A stretch of DNA of 59,294 nucleotides from Eubacteriales bacterium (GCA_045576795.1 JAZNHE010000109.1:1-59294); one strand, 5' to 3'; numbered from the stretch's first letter, positions 36,806 to 47,699 are shown. The notes: generated by a model not told the origin, from the sequence alone. Numbers and translations are program-made.

Positions 36806-37447
36806 ATGATCAAAGTATCACCATCGATTTTAGCTGCGGATTTTTCAAAACTTGCAGATGAGTTGAAAAGCATAGAAAATGCCGGTGCGGATATGGTTCA
36901 TCTTGATGTAATGGATGGAAATTTTGTTTCAAATATTTCGTTTGGAATACCGGTTATAGAATCTATCAGAAAAATAACTGATATGGTTTTTGACGTTCAT
37001 TTAATGATAGATAAGCCCGAGCGATATGTAGAGCGATTTGCATCCGTGGGTGCTGATATTATAACTTTTCACATAGAGGCTACAGAGGATCCTAAAACAA
37101 CGGTAGATTTAATACATAAATGTGGAAAAAAAGCCGGAATATCGATTAGGCCCAACACTCCTGTTGAGGTGATATATCCATATCTTACAAGCTGTGAAAT
37201 GGTATTGATAATGACAGTGGAGCCCGGATATGGAGGGCAGAGCTTAATACCCGAAACGATTTCTAAAATAGCTGCGCTGAGAGATGAGATTTCATGCAAA
37301 GGCCTTGATATAGACGTTCAAGTTGACGGTGGAATTAATTCTGAAAACGTCGGTGAAGTGGTTGCGGCAGGGGCAAATATTATTGTTGCCGGAAGCTCTG
37401 TTTTTAAGTATGAGGATAGGGCGGAAGCAATAAGAAAATTAAGATAA
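36806..37447 (+). CDS. rpe: Ribulose-phosphate 3-epimerase
   Basis: PSILAADF, HLDVMDG.FV.N, DVHLM, MTVEPGYGGQ, VDGG, VAGS. Confidence 0.97.
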   Translation: MIKVSPSILAADFSKLADELKSIENAGADMVHLDVMDGNFVSNISFGIPVIESIRKITDMVFDVHLMIDKPERYVERFASVGADIITFHIEATEDPKTTVDLIHKCGKKAGISIRPNTPVEVIYPYLTSCEMVLIMTVEPGYGGQSLIPETISKIAALRDEISCKGLDIDVQVDGGINSENVGEVVAAGANIIVAGSSVFKYEDRAEAIRKLR

Positions 37448-37483
37448 AAAACAAATTAGCGTATTAATTGTTTGGCAGAAAAT

Positions 37484-37526
37484 AAAAAAACAGTCTGTGC
37501 AAGATCTTGCTCAGACTGTTTTTTTT
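37484..37526. terminator. Bidirectional terminator between convergent rpe and ruvB
   Basis: A7-CAGTCTG...CAGACTG-T8. Confidence 0.85.
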
Positions 37527-37532
37527 GTTTAT

Positions 37533-38609
37533 TTAGTTATCGAGATCAAGAGAGGATTGCCCAGCTACTTGATTTGTAGGTGATGATGAAAACGGTATGC
37601 CGAGGTGGTCGTATGCAAGCTTTGTTGCACATCTTCCGCGAGGCGTTCTTGCGAGGAATCCTATCTGCATAAGATACGGCTCGTACACGTCCTCAATGGT
37701 AATTGGCTCTTCACCGATAGTCGCGGCGAGTGTGTCAAGGCCGACGGGACCGCCTGCATAATACCTTATGATAGCATCAAGCATTCTCCTGTCCGTATTG
37801 TCAAGTCCGAGCTCGTCGATCTCAAGCGCGGTGAGTGCGATTTTCGCTATCTCGTTTGTTATTGTTCCATTCCCCTTAACAAGGGCAAAATCCCTTACTC
37901 GCTTTAGCAATCTGTTTGCAATTCTCGGAGTTCCACGTGATCTCAGTGCTACTTCCTTGGCTCCATCGTCTGTGATTGGTATTTCGAGAATGTTTGCCGA
38001 TCTTTTTACAATTGTTGCAAGCTCATCTGTAGTATAGAGATCGAGCTTTAATAAAACTCCGAATCTGTCGCGAAGAGGTGAGGTGAGCTGTCCGGCTCTG
38101 GTAGTTGCTCCGATAAGGGTAAATTTTGGTATAGGCAATCTGATAGATCTTGCACTCGGTCCTTTACCGATGATTATGTCTATCGCGTAGTCTTCCATGG
38201 CGGGGTAGAGTATTTCCTCCACCGCGCGCGAAAGTCTGTGTATCTCATCGATAAAAAGCACGTCCCCTTCTGCAAGGTTGGTGAGTATTGCTGCCAGGTC
38301 GCCCTGCTTTTCAATAGCAGGACCCGAAGTGGTTCTTATGCTGACTCCCATTTCGTTTGCTATTATCGATGACAGGGTAGTTTTTCCAAGACCGGGAGGA
38401 CCGTACAGAAGAACATGGTCAAGCGGCTCTCCTCTGCGCTTGGCACTCTCGATGTAAACGGAAAGATTTGATTTTGCCTTTTCCTGTCCTATATATTCTA
38501 CAAGTGTTTTAGGTCTTAAATCATTTTCGACCTCAGCATCCTGCATAGAATCGTATTCGTTTGAAACAATTCTGTTTTCAAAGTCGAATTCATTTATTTC
38601 TTCAAGCAT
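37533..38609 (-). CDS. ruvB: Holliday junction branch-migration ATPase
   Basis: LRP....[44 protein letters not shown]. Confidence 0.98.
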   Translation of the reverse strand: MLEEINEFDFENRIVSNEYDSMQDAEVENDLRPKTLVEYIGQEKAKSNLSVYIESAKRRGEPLDHVLLYGPPGLGKTTLSSIIANEMGVSIRTTSGPAIEKQGDLAAILTNLAEGDVLFIDEIHRLSRAVEEILYPAMEDYAIDIIIGKGPSARSIRLPIPKFTLIGATTRAGQLTSPLRDRFGVLLKLDLYTTDELATIVKRSANILEIPITDDGAKEVALRSRGTPRIANRLLKRVRDFALVKGNGTITNEIAKIALTALEIDELGLDNTDRRMLDAIIRYYAGGPVGLDTLAATIGEEPITIEDVYEPYLMQIGFLARTPRGRCATKLAYDHLGIPFSSSPTNQVAGQSSLDLDN

Positions 38610-38631
38610 TTGTGAGTCCTTTCGCCATTAC

Positions 38632-39243
38632 TTACCTGGCAAGCTTTTTAAGAGCTGCTTTGATTATAGCTCCCACATCAAGTGAGGGATCGATTCCTGC
38701 AAGAGCTTTTACTACGGATGCTTTGTCGTATCCGAGTACCATCAGAGCTTCGGTAGCCTCGGAGAGATTTCCGGATGATGCAACGTGAGCAACGTTTCCT
38801 GCGTCACCAAGCCCCTTTGAGGAGGTATGCATCATATCCTTTGCAACCTTATCCTTAAGCTCGAGAACTATTCTCGCAGCGGTTTTTGAACCTATGTTCT
38901 GCGCTTTTGAAATGGCTTTTATATCTTCTGTGCATACTGCCATTGCAAGGCGGTCGGGGGACATTACAGAGAGTATGTTGATTGCGGCTTTAGGACCAAC
39001 TCCGCTTACACCGATCAGCATATTAAAGGCGTTTCTTTCTTCACTCGATCCAAATCCGAATAGCTCAACCCCATCCTCGCGCACTGCAAGATAGGTGTAA
39101 AGCTTTACCTTTTGTCCCATTTTAGAGGATAATGATTCGGACGTTATCATACTGATGGTAAGACCGTAACCGACGCCACCGCAATCAATTACGCACATAT
39201 TAGCGTCTCGGTGAGCGAGCTCGCCGTTAAGATAGTAGAACAT
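38632..39243 (-). CDS. ruvA: Holliday junction DNA-binding protein
   Basis: GVGY, VRED..LFGF, VSGVGPK.A, IG.KTA.RI.LELK, EAL..LGY. Confidence 0.97.
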   Translation of the reverse strand: MFYYLNGELAHRDANMCVIDCGGVGYGLTISMITSESLSSKMGQKVKLYTYLAVREDGVELFGFGSSEERNAFNMLIGVSGVGPKAAINILSVMSPDRLAMAVCTEDIKAISKAQNIGSKTAARIVLELKDKVAKDMMHTSSKGLGDAGNVAHVASSGNLSEATEALMVLGYDKASVVKALAGIDPSLDVGAIIKAALKKLAR

Positions 39244-39251
39244 AGATTACC

Positions 39252-39455
39252 TCATTCTTGTTTATTCGTATTACTGATGACTCTCTTTATCATTTTTTCG
39301 AGCGCCAGTCTTTCTATAGTTAGGTCACGTGAGCAACCGTCGCATATAATTCTTACGTCCGTACCGCCACGCACAACCGTAAAGGTATCAGAACCGCAGG
39401 GGTGCTTCTTTTTTAGACAAATTTTGTCTTTAAGATCAAAGCGTACAATAGCCAT
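39252..39455 (-). CDS. DUF951-family small protein
   Basis: LKKKHPCGS..F.V.R.G.D..I.C.GC motif; GAGG RBS before ATG 39455. Confidence 0.85.
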   Translation of the reverse strand: MAIVRFDLKDKICLKKKHPCGSDTFTVVRGGTDVRIICDGCSRDLTIERLALEKMIKRVISNTNKQE

Positions 39456-39485
39456 ATTACCTCGCATGACAATATAAATTCAAGC

Positions 39486-39974
39486 TTATTTTTCAGTATC
39501 AGCTTTGTATAAGGGCTTGTAGGGTTCCTTTGCTTTTTTTGATTTTTTTGCTGCGTTCTCATTTTTTGCTGCTTTCTTCTCGACAATATCATCAGCTGTG
39601 CTTACGGTTTTTTTGATAAGCGTGACGATAAGTAAAAGAACAAAATAAAGCACTGTAAATACGAAAATCGCTATAAAAATCGAGGCAGCCTTATCTCCCG
39701 CAATGTTTCCGGAAACAAGAAATACCACGCAAAACATTATGAGAAGCACAAAATAATGTATGATCGCTTTTAGTATTTTTTTGACATTCAAAATATCGTA
39801 TAGCATGTCCGCACATGAAATTATCATTCCAAATGCGAGTATAAGGAAGAAGTTCTTAGGCAATATTGCCGGAGAAGCGAATTTACTTATAGCCGCAAAC
39901 AAATAGAATAAGGCGAGTATCAATACTGTGTATCCACAGCCGCAGAGAAATAGCTTTTCTAATCTTCTCATCAT
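39486..39974 (-). CDS. Hypothetical four-TM membrane protein
   Basis: Four hydrophobic segments and a Lys-rich tail; AGGAG RBS; upstream TTGAAA-17-TATAAT promoter (40032-40004). Confidence 0.8.
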   Translation of the reverse strand: MMRRLEKLFLCGCGYTVLILALFYLFAAISKFASPAILPKNFFLILAFGMIISCADMLYDILNVKKILKAIIHYFVLLIMFCVVFLVSGNIAGDKAASIFIAIFVFTVLYFVLLLIVTLIKKTVSTADDIVEKKAAKNENAAKKSKKAKEPYKPLYKADTEK

Positions 39975-40141
39975 TTACTCCTTGTTTAAGTCAATACAAA
40001 ATCATTATAGCATATTGCATATTTTTTTTCAAGTATAAAACTCAAATCTACAAAAAATAAGTTAATTTGTCGGAAAAATGCGTATAAATACGAATTGATG
40101 GATAAAAATTCAAAAAAACACAAAGTTGATCGGCAAAACTG

Positions 40142-40170
40142 TTGACAAAAAAGCATTATAAAGGTATAAT
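40142..40170 (+). promoter_or_regulatory. Consensus sigma-A promoter of the nusB operon
   Basis: TTGACA-17-TATAAT. Confidence 0.85.
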
Positions 40171-40201
40171 ATAATAAATATATTATGCGCGAGGATTTGC
40201 T

Positions 40202-40606
40202 ATGAATAGAAAAATTGCGAGAGAAAATACATTTATGCTTTTGTTCGAGACAGCTATCAAGACTGATGAGACCTTCGAAGAAATCTTCGTGAAGGCTACT
40301 GATGAAAGAGAGCTTGAATATGACGATTACGTAAAGAGTGTATTCTTCGGATGCTTTGAAAACAAGCACGTAATAGATACTAAAATTGAGGAGTGTCTTC
40401 TCGGTTGGAAAAAGGAGCGTGTGTCCTATGTCAGCCGCGCAATTCTCAATCTTGCAACCTATGAATTGATGTTTATGGAGGATATACCCGTTAAGGTTTC
40501 CATTAACGAAGCAATCGAGCTTGCAAAGAAATATGACGACGATAAGGCGTACATCTTTGTAAACGGAGTACTTAACAAGGTTGCAGAGAGCCTCGGAAGA
40601 AAATGA
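40202..40606 (+). CDS. nusB: Transcription antitermination factor NusB
   Basis: NRKIARE, W..ER, IL.LA.YE, P.KVSINEAIELAKKY, FVNGVL. Confidence 0.95.
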   Translation: MNRKIARENTFMLLFETAIKTDETFEEIFVKATDERELEYDDYVKSVFFGCFENKHVIDTKIEECLLGWKKERVSYVSRAILNLATYELMFMEDIPVKVSINEAIELAKKYDDDKAYIFVNGVLNKVAESLGRK

Positions 40607-41550
40607 AAGAAAAAATTGTAGTTGGTATAGACACCAGTAATTACACCACGTCTATTGCAATCGTAAATACAGACGGGGAGCTTATTGCCAATATTAAAAG
40701 GCCGCTTCCGGTAAAGCCGGGAGAATGCGGTCTCAGACAATCCGATGCGGTTTTTTCACATGTGAAAAACATTCCGTCTTTGATGGATGAGGCTGAACCC
40801 TTTATGGCCGGTAGGCAGATTGTTGCTATTGGAGTCAGCAGTAAACCAAGAAACGTCGATGGCTCGTATATGCCATGCTTTCTTTCGGGATTGGCTGCAG
40901 CAAAAACTCTTGCGGCTGCAACAAATGCGCCACTATTTTTGTTCTCTCATCAGTGCGGACACATTATGGCGGCACTGTATTCATCGGGGCAGCTCTCTTT
41001 GTACGGCAGTGAGTTCGCTGCATTTCACGTTTCCGGTGGAACAACGGAGCTTCTGCACGTCAGAGGAAATAATGACGGATTTGAAACAGATATAGTCGGC
41101 GGAACGCTCGATGCTAACGCCGGACAAATAATAGACCGCATAGGAGTTCATCTCGGTATGCCTTTTCCGGCAGGACCGCATATTGAGAAGGCGGCTCTTG
41201 AATTCAAAGGCAAAATTCCGCGTAGAAAACCGTCTGTCAGGGGCACATATATCAATCTATCCGGACTTGAGAATATGGCAAAGAAAATCCATTCGGAATT
41301 CAATGATCCGAGTATGACAACGGCATTTTTACTCGACTATATAGGCAATTCAATATCCACTGCATGCAATGCATATATATCCGAATACGGAGATATGCCG
41401 TTCATTTTTGCCGGTGGAGTAATGTGTAATACTATTATCAGAAAAAAACTCGAAAATGAGTTCCAAGCATTTTTTGCAGAGCCGTTGTTATCTGCGGATA
41501 ATGCCGTTGGTATAGCAGTCTTGGCACTGAATTCATTTTTGAAAAAATGA
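40603..41550 (+). CDS. TsaD/Kae1 (glycoprotease) family paralog
   Basis: GIDTSNYTTS, GLRQSDAVF.H, HQCGH, VSGGTTE, AGQ.IDR.G..LG..FPAG, GGV, DNA.GIA. Confidence 0.85.
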   Translation: MKEKIVVGIDTSNYTTSIAIVNTDGELIANIKRPLPVKPGECGLRQSDAVFSHVKNIPSLMDEAEPFMAGRQIVAIGVSSKPRNVDGSYMPCFLSGLAAAKTLAAATNAPLFLFSHQCGHIMAALYSSGQLSLYGSEFAAFHVSGGTTELLHVRGNNDGFETDIVGGTLDANAGQIIDRIGVHLGMPFPAGPHIEKAALEFKGKIPRRKPSVRGTYINLSGLENMAKKIHSEFNDPSMTTAFLLDYIGNSISTACNAYISEYGDMPFIFAGGVMCNTIIRKKLENEFQAFFAEPLLSADNAVGIAVLALNSFLKK

Positions 41551-41569
41551 ACGGAAAGGGAAAGGTGAT

Positions 41570-42796
41570 ATGGACATTTCAGCGTTACGAGAAAGAAATG
41601 ACAATGCTATGACGGTGTCAGAGCTTAATCTGTATATCAAGGCACTGTTTGACTCCGATCGCCTGCTTAATTCCGTATGTGTAAAGGGCGAAATATCTAA
41701 TTTTGTCAATCACGGAACCGGGCATCTGTACTTTTCTCTTAAGGATGCAGATGCAGACGTGCGCGCGGTAATGTTTAGAGCATCTGCCGCAAAACTTAAA
41801 TTTGTACCTGAAAACGGTATGAAGGTTACCATCTACGGTTCTGTTACCGTATACCCAAAAAACGGATCATATCAGATATACGTTAATTCGATGCAGCCCG
41901 ATGGCATAGGTGCACTTTATGTAGCGTATGAGCAATTAAAGGCCCGACTTGCCTACGAAGGACTTTTTGATGAGAGTCATAAAAAGCCAATACCTCGTTT
42001 CCCGGAAAGAATAGGTGTAGTTACTTCGTCCACAGGAGCCGCAATACGCGACATTATCAACGTTCTTGGGCGTAGGTACCCGCGCGCCTCCGTATACGTG
42101 TATCCCGCGCTTGTTCAAGGTGAGGGGGCGGCAAAGACGCTTATCGACGGTATCGATTATTTTGATAGATCAGGTCTCGTGGATACTGTCATCATCGGAA
42201 GAGGCGGCGGATCAATCGAGGATTTGTGGGCATTTAACGATGAGGGACTTGCGAGGCGTATATACGAATGTCGTGTTCCGGTAATATCTGCCGTCGGACA
42301 TGAAACCGATTATACAATATGTGATTTCGTTTCCGATTTGAGAGCACCGACTCCGTCGGCTGCGGCAGAGCTTTCCGTACCCGATGCCAGAGAGTTGATG
42401 CTTCGTCTTGATATACTTTCCGATAGGAGTGAGAGAGCACTCTTACGCACCGTGGAAAAAAAGCGTGAGAGGCTTGAAAATCTGATTTCAAAAAGGGTTT
42501 TGACTAATCCGCAAGACGTAATAATCGTTCTTGGTGAAAGGGTTACGGCACTTTCGGCGGAACTTAACAATGCATATTCATTATGCATATCTGATCGTAG
42601 ACACAGTCTTGTAACGGTGGCGGCAAAGCTTGAGGCGTTAAGTCCTCTGAGTATCTTGACCAGAGGCTACTCTGTTGTCTTGAAGAATGGGAAAACGGTA
42701 TCAAGCGTTGATTCTGTCGAGAAGGGCGATGCCTTACATCTTCGTTTACGCGACGGTGATGCAGACGTCCTGGTGCTTGATAAAAGAACTTTGTAA
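41570..42796 (+). CDS. xseA: Exodeoxyribonuclease VII large subunit
   Basis: GEISN, GHLYFSLKD, GAAIRD, RGGGSIEDLWAFN, SAVGHETD, RAPTPSAAAE, L.RGY. Confidence 0.97.
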   Translation: MDISALRERNDNAMTVSELNLYIKALFDSDRLLNSVCVKGEISNFVNHGTGHLYFSLKDADADVRAVMFRASAAKLKFVPENGMKVTIYGSVTVYPKNGSYQIYVNSMQPDGIGALYVAYEQLKARLAYEGLFDESHKKPIPRFPERIGVVTSSTGAAIRDIINVLGRRYPRASVYVYPALVQGEGAAKTLIDGIDYFDRSGLVDTVIIGRGGGSIEDLWAFNDEGLARRIYECRVPVISAVGHETDYTICDFVSDLRAPTPSAAAELSVPDARELMLRLDILSDRSERALLRTVEKKRERLENLISKRVLTNPQDVIIVLGERVTALSAELNNAYSLCISDRRHSLVTVAAKLEALSPLSILTRGYSVVLKNGKTVSSVDSVEKGDALHLRLRDGDADVLVLDKRTL

Positions 42797-42809
42797 AGGA
42801 TGAATTGTA

Positions 42810-43043
42810 ATGCAAAAAAATATAAAGTTTGAAGAAGCGATACAACTTCTTGAGGAAGCAGTACGGGAGCTGGAATCGGGAGCACTTTCTCTTGATGAAA
42901 GCATCGAAAAATATGAGAAGGCAATAGAATATGTGAAAATATGCAATCAGAAGCTTGAGGATGCCGAGCAGAGAGTAAGACTTCTTGCAGAGGGCAAGGA
43001 TGGAAGCATATCGGATTATCCGTTTATAAGCGATGAGAATTGA
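42810..43043 (+). CDS. xseB: Exodeoxyribonuclease VII small subunit
   Basis: FEEA...LE.....LE.G.LSLDES...YE.....C...L..AE. Confidence 0.95.
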   Translation: MQKNIKFEEAIQLLEEAVRELESGALSLDESIEKYEKAIEYVKICNQKLEDAEQRVRLLAEGKDGSISDYPFISDEN

Positions 43044-43767
43044 TGTATATCTTGCCGAAAGCGGCATTGTATCGAGCCGCACAGAAGCAAAAAGCTTCAT
43101 AACAGAGGGCGCTGTATCAGTCGATGGCAAAATTATAAGCAAGCCCTCATTTGACGTGAGTGGTAAAGAGGATAAAGTATTTGTTGATCTTTCCGTCAAA
43201 AAATACGTGAGTCGTGGTGGGCTGAAGCTTAAGGGGGCATTGACAGAGTTCTGTGTCGAGGTCGAAGGTAAGCTTTGTCTTGATATAGGAGCATCAAGCG
43301 GTGGATTTACCGACTGCTTGCTGAAAGAAGGCGCGCAGCACGTTATTGCGGTTGACTCGGGAGTCGATCAGATTGTAGCCTCATTGCGTGCTGATGATAG
43401 AGTGACGGTTATAGAAAATTACAATGCACGATATATGCAGCCGAAAGATTTTGAATACATTCCTCAAATAGCGGTAATGGATGTTTCCTTCATTTCGGCA
43501 ACACTCATTATACCGTCTCTTTACAATGTGCTGGCAGAAGGCGGAGATTTTATCTGCCTTATCAAACCACAGTTTGAGGTTGGACGCAGTGGAGTAGGCA
43601 AGGGCGGAATTGTAAAAGACGCTAAAATAAGAGCTAAAGCTGTGGATAACGTAATTGATTTTGCAAGGGCAAATGGCTTTATACTGAAATCTATTATAGA
43701 ATCTCCGATTAAGGGCGGAGATGGAAATACAGAATTCTTAGCTCATTTCATTAAAACGAAAGGATAG
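43033..43767 (+). CDS. tlyA: TlyA-family rRNA methyltransferase
   Basis: S4 domain, YVSRGGLKL, DIGASSGGFTD, DVSFIS, LIKPQFE, SPI.G.DGN.EF. Confidence 0.94.
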   Translation: MRIDVYLAESGIVSSRTEAKSFITEGAVSVDGKIISKPSFDVSGKEDKVFVDLSVKKYVSRGGLKLKGALTEFCVEVEGKLCLDIGASSGGFTDCLLKEGAQHVIAVDSGVDQIVASLRADDRVTVIENYNARYMQPKDFEYIPQIAVMDVSFISATLIIPSLYNVLAEGGDFICLIKPQFEVGRSGVGKGGIVKDAKIRAKAVDNVIDFARANGFILKSIIESPIKGGDGNTEFLAHFIKTKG

Positions 43768-43771
43768 CGCG

Positions 43772-44638
43772 ATGAAAAGAATAGTAATTATTCCAAATGC
43801 CATAAAGGATGAAAACCTTTCGATTACAAATATGGTAGTTGAAAAAATAAACTGCCTTGGTTTAACAGCGTATATTCAAGAAAAGTATTCTTCAAAAGTT
43901 GGCGGTGCTGTCGCTTACACAACTTTTCCCGATGAAGCTGAGCTTATAATAGTTATCGGAGGTGATGGGTCGGTAATCGATGCCTCTGAATATGCGATAG
44001 AATACGATATTCCCATTCTCGGAGTTAATATTGGCAGAGTAGGTTATCTTGCCGAGGTTGAGCCGAGTGACTTGGAAGTGCTTGATAAGCTTATTAGCGG
44101 AGATTATACAATCGAAGAGAAGATGCTCTTGGCGGTAAAAGATGCAGACGGAAAATACTTGGTTAACAGATATGCGGTAAATGACGTTGTAGTTTCTCAC
44201 GATGCTTATTTTGGTATAGCGGATATGAGAATTGAGGATCATTGCGGCAACGTCCTTGACTACCGTGCCGATGGATTAATATTGGCAACTCCGCAAGGAT
44301 CAACAGCATATTCACTCTCCTCGGGAGGTCCTATAGTTGCACACGACGTTGACGGAATACTTCTGACCGCTGTAAGCCCTCATTCATTCTTTAACAGATC
44401 CGTGATGTTTAACTCCTCCGATGTGATAAAGATTACAAATCTTGGAATGGACCCCATACATATCAGTATTGACGGAAGATGTCGGGGAAACCTTGATACA
44501 AACGAATATTGCACAGTTTTTAAGTCGGAGAAAAAAATTAAGATGCTTGCATTTGAGAAAAATGCTATGTTTTCAAAACTTTTCAAAAAAATGAGAATTC
44601 TGGAGGATAAACGCGATGAAAAACGCCAGACAAACTAA
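43772..44638 (+). CDS. nadK: NAD kinase
   Basis: GGDG, GVN.GRVGYL, ND, ADG...ATP.GSTAYSLS.GGP. Confidence 0.94.
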   Translation: MKRIVIIPNAIKDENLSITNMVVEKINCLGLTAYIQEKYSSKVGGAVAYTTFPDEAELIIVIGGDGSVIDASEYAIEYDIPILGVNIGRVGYLAEVEPSDLEVLDKLISGDYTIEEKMLLAVKDADGKYLVNRYAVNDVVVSHDAYFGIADMRIEDHCGNVLDYRADGLILATPQGSTAYSLSSGGPIVAHDVDGILLTAVSPHSFFNRSVMFNSSDVIKITNLGMDPIHISIDGRCRGNLDTNEYCTVFKSEKKIKMLAFEKNAMFSKLFKKMRILEDKRDEKRQTN

Positions 44639-45071
44639 AATACTTGAGCTCATAGAAAAATACGAGATCAGCACTCAAGAGGCCTTGATACAAAAGCTTG
44701 CGGAGTGCGGTGTTGAATCGACGCAGACAACAATCTCCCGAGATATAAGGCAGTTAAGGCTGATAAAAGGACCGACAGGAAGAGGTACATATAAATATGT
44801 AAGTCCTGATGTCAGACAGGGAAACGACGCCGTAGGACATAATTCGGCACTGATCGATTCTGTCATTTCTATTGACAGCGCTCAGAATATCGTTGTTGTC
44901 AAGACCTTATCGGGTATGGCAAATGCTATAGCAGTATGTATAGATTCGCTGAAGATCGCGGAAATAGTAGGCTCTGTTGCTGGTGATGATACTATACTTA
45001 TCGTTGTTCGTGACAACGGCAAGGCGGAGCTTGTAAAAGGCGAGTTAAAAAAAGCATTTGGACATCAGTAA
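44616..45071 (+). CDS. argR: Arginine repressor
   Basis: RQ..I, TQ, TQ.TISRDI, KT.SG.A, GSVAGDDT. Confidence 0.95.
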   Translation: MKNARQTKILELIEKYEISTQEALIQKLAECGVESTQTTISRDIRQLRLIKGPTGRGTYKYVSPDVRQGNDAVGHNSALIDSVISIDSAQNIVVVKTLSGMANAIAVCIDSLKIAEIVGSVAGDDTILIVVRDNGKAELVKGELKKAFGHQ

Positions 45072-45086
45072 GAAAGGATAACGATT

Positions 45087-46778
45087 ATGCTTCATTCGTT
45101 GCATATCGAAAATATAGCCGTTATAAAATCTGTTGATTTGGATTTTTCATCGGGATTTATGGTTTTGAGCGGTGAGACGGGTGCAGGTAAGTCTATAATC
45201 ATAGATAGCATCAATCTCTTGCTTGGCGCAAAGGCCGACAAGGAATTGATACGTCACGGTGAGAGCTCGGCAATGGTAAGTGCTCTTTTTACCGATCTTT
45301 CTCTGCTGACAGAGCGACAGTGTGCAAGCGTTGGTATAGATATCGGCGATGACGGAGAACTGCTTGTGCAGAGAGTTATCAGCACAGACGGACGCTCACA
45401 AGTGCGCATAAACGGTCGAGCAATGAGCCTTTCCGTTCTTAAATCCATTGCACCGAGCCTTGTCAGTATTCACGGACAGAGTGATACGGGTGAGCTGATG
45501 GATGCAGAGCGTCATATTAAAATAGTGGATCTTTATGCTTCCAACGGAGAACTGCTTGAGGAATACAGATGTGCATATTCCGCTCTTGAAAAAACTCGTC
45601 GAGATATTCAAGAAATAACTAAAAGAGAAGCGGAGCGCGAGAGACTCAAAGAGATATTGGAGTATCAGATTAAGGATATTGATGTGCTTAAGCTTCATGA
45701 CGGTGAGGAAGAAGAGCTCTTAGATAAAAAAGTCAAGATTAAAAACAGCGAGAAGATCACCAAGAATTCAGAATACGTTTATAAGGCATTACGCGGAGCA
45801 GAAAAGAGCAGTGTTGCATATCTTCTTGATAAGAGCACAAGTGCACTTATGCAGTTATCTGGGGTAATTCCCGAATATTCATCATATGCGGATAGCTTGC
45901 GCGAGGCGTTATCGATTGTAGAGGACGTTGCAGAGGATGTATATGCCGTGCTTGAACAGGAGGATGAGGATCCCACCGCTCTTTTAAACAGTATTGAGTC
46001 AAGGCTTGATAAAATAACGAGAATCAAGCGCAAATACGGTCTTACCGTTAAAGACGTTCTTGCTTTCAGAGATAATGCGCAAGAGGAGCTTGATATTCTT
46101 GAAAATTCAGAGGAATTACTGAGCACTCTCAAGCAAAAGGAGAGAGAACAGTACTCCGATGCCCTGAATATAGCAGAGCGTCTGCACAAATCAAGAGTTC
46201 TATATGCCGACACGCTCAAAGAGAAGGTATGTGAGATACTTGAATTCCTTGATATGCCAAATACCGTATTTTATGCAAAAATGACGACGGAAAGCAAGGA
46301 CGGCATGCTTGAGCTTAACAATGACGGATACGATAAGCTTGAATTTTATATAAGCGCAAACAAGGGTGCTGATGCTCAGTCATTGTCAAAGATAGCGTCG
46401 GGCGGAGAGCTCGCGAGAGTTATGCTCGCGCTTAAAAGCATTATAGCCGATAAGGACGGCGTATCTACGGTGGTGTTTGACGAAATAGATGCAGGAGTAT
46501 CCGGAAAGACTGCGAGAAAGATAGGATTCAAGATGCTTGATATGGCATCACAATTGCAGATTTTCTGTGTTACGCACAGCGCACAGATCGCATCACTTGC
46601 AGATATACATTTCCTCATAGAAAAGCATGAGGTAAATGCCGCTACCGAAACAACGGTGGAGGCTCTTGACTATAACGGTCGTGTAAAGGAGCTTTCGCGT
46701 ATTCTCGGTGGAATAAGCGTTACAGAGGCTCAAAGAGCCGCTGCTTTGGATATGCTTAATAAAAAGGAGCTTGCATAG
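45087..46778 (+). CDS. recN: DNA repair protein RecN
   Basis: GETGAGKS, IHGQ, coiled coil, ASGGEL.R.ML, FDEIDAG.SG, THSAQIA. Confidence 0.97.
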   Translation: MLHSLHIENIAVIKSVDLDFSSGFMVLSGETGAGKSIIIDSINLLLGAKADKELIRHGESSAMVSALFTDLSLLTERQCASVGIDIGDDGELLVQRVISTDGRSQVRINGRAMSLSVLKSIAPSLVSIHGQSDTGELMDAERHIKIVDLYASNGELLEEYRCAYSALEKTRRDIQEITKREAERERLKEILEYQIKDIDVLKLHDGEEEELLDKKVKIKNSEKITKNSEYVYKALRGAEKSSVAYLLDKSTSALMQLSGVIPEYSSYADSLREALSIVEDVAEDVYAVLEQEDEDPTALLNSIESRLDKITRIKRKYGLTVKDVLAFRDNAQEELDILENSEELLSTLKQKEREQYSDALNIAERLHKSRVLYADTLKEKVCEILEFLDMPNTVFYAKMTTESKDGMLELNNDGYDKLEFYISANKGADAQSLSKIASGGELARVMLALKSIIADKDGVSTVVFDEIDAGVSGKTARKIGFKMLDMASQLQIFCVTHSAQIASLADIHFLIEKHEVNAATETTVEALDYNGRVKELSRILGGISVTEAQRAAALDMLNKKELA

Positions 46779-46783
46779 GGTAA

Positions 46784-47683
46784 GTGACTATTAACCGTTT
46801 TTTGAAATTGATTAAAAAAACGGGATGTGAGTTTGAGGAAAACAAATCAATAATTAATTTGACAAGTATTAAAATCAATACTGTAGCCAAGGCGATTTTG
46901 TTTCCCGATAGCTTGGAAAAGTTGATAAGTTCGTTAAATATTTTATGTGACATGCAAATACCGTTTGTGGTAGTTGGCAGAATGTCAAACGTTCTCTTCA
47001 GTGATCGGACATACAACGGTGTGATTGTTGTAACCACTAAATTAAGGGGATATAGTTTAGCAGAAAACAAGGTTGATGTGCTTTGCGGCGAGTGCCCCGG
47101 TAAAATGGCACTTGGAATAGCTAAGTCAAATCTCGGCGGATTTGAAGGTATAGTCGGTATACCGGGTACTCTTGGCGGAATGCTGAGGAGCAATGCGGGG
47201 GCATACGGATCGGAAATTTCCGACAGATTTTTTGCGGCGTGTATATACGATCTCAAAGCTCGAGAGGTGCATATATATTCCAAAGCGGATATGCAGTTTT
47301 CTTATAGGACGAGTATTCTCAAGGACCGCGCATACGTGTTGCTTTCGGCAGTATTTGAACCGGTGGAAAAATCTTATAATGAGATAATCTCAACGGTATC
47401 GTACAACAGTGAGCAAAGGAAACGTTCACAGCCGACTCTCTTACCGTCCCTTGGATCCGTTTTTAAGAAGTGTAACGGTGTGAGTGCAGGCTATTATATA
47501 GACCGACTTGGCTTGAAGGGATATAGCATCGGTGATGCGCAGATTTCGGAAAAGCATGCAGGATTTATAATAAATCGCGGAAATGCGACTGCAGCCGATA
47601 TTATCAGTCTTGTTGAATTTATAAAAACTCGTGTTAACGATGCATTTGGTATTGAACTCGAGGAAGAAATTGAAATTATTTGA
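46784..47683 (+). CDS. murB: UDP-N-acetylmuramate dehydrogenase
   Basis: G..SNVL, G.E...GIPGT.GG....NAGAYG, FSYR.S, QP...PS.GSVFK, SEKHAGFI.N, LE.E. Confidence 0.93.
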   Translation: MTINRFLKLIKKTGCEFEENKSIINLTSIKINTVAKAILFPDSLEKLISSLNILCDMQIPFVVVGRMSNVLFSDRTYNGVIVVTTKLRGYSLAENKVDVLCGECPGKMALGIAKSNLGGFEGIVGIPGTLGGMLRSNAGAYGSEISDRFFAACIYDLKAREVHIYSKADMQFSYRTSILKDRAYVLLSAVFEPVEKSYNEIISTVSYNSEQRKRSQPTLLPSLGSVFKKCNGVSAGYYIDRLGLKGYSIGDAQISEKHAGFIINRGNATAADIISLVEFIKTRVNDAFGIELEEEIEII

Positions 47684-47699
47684 TTTGGAGGAGAACAAA

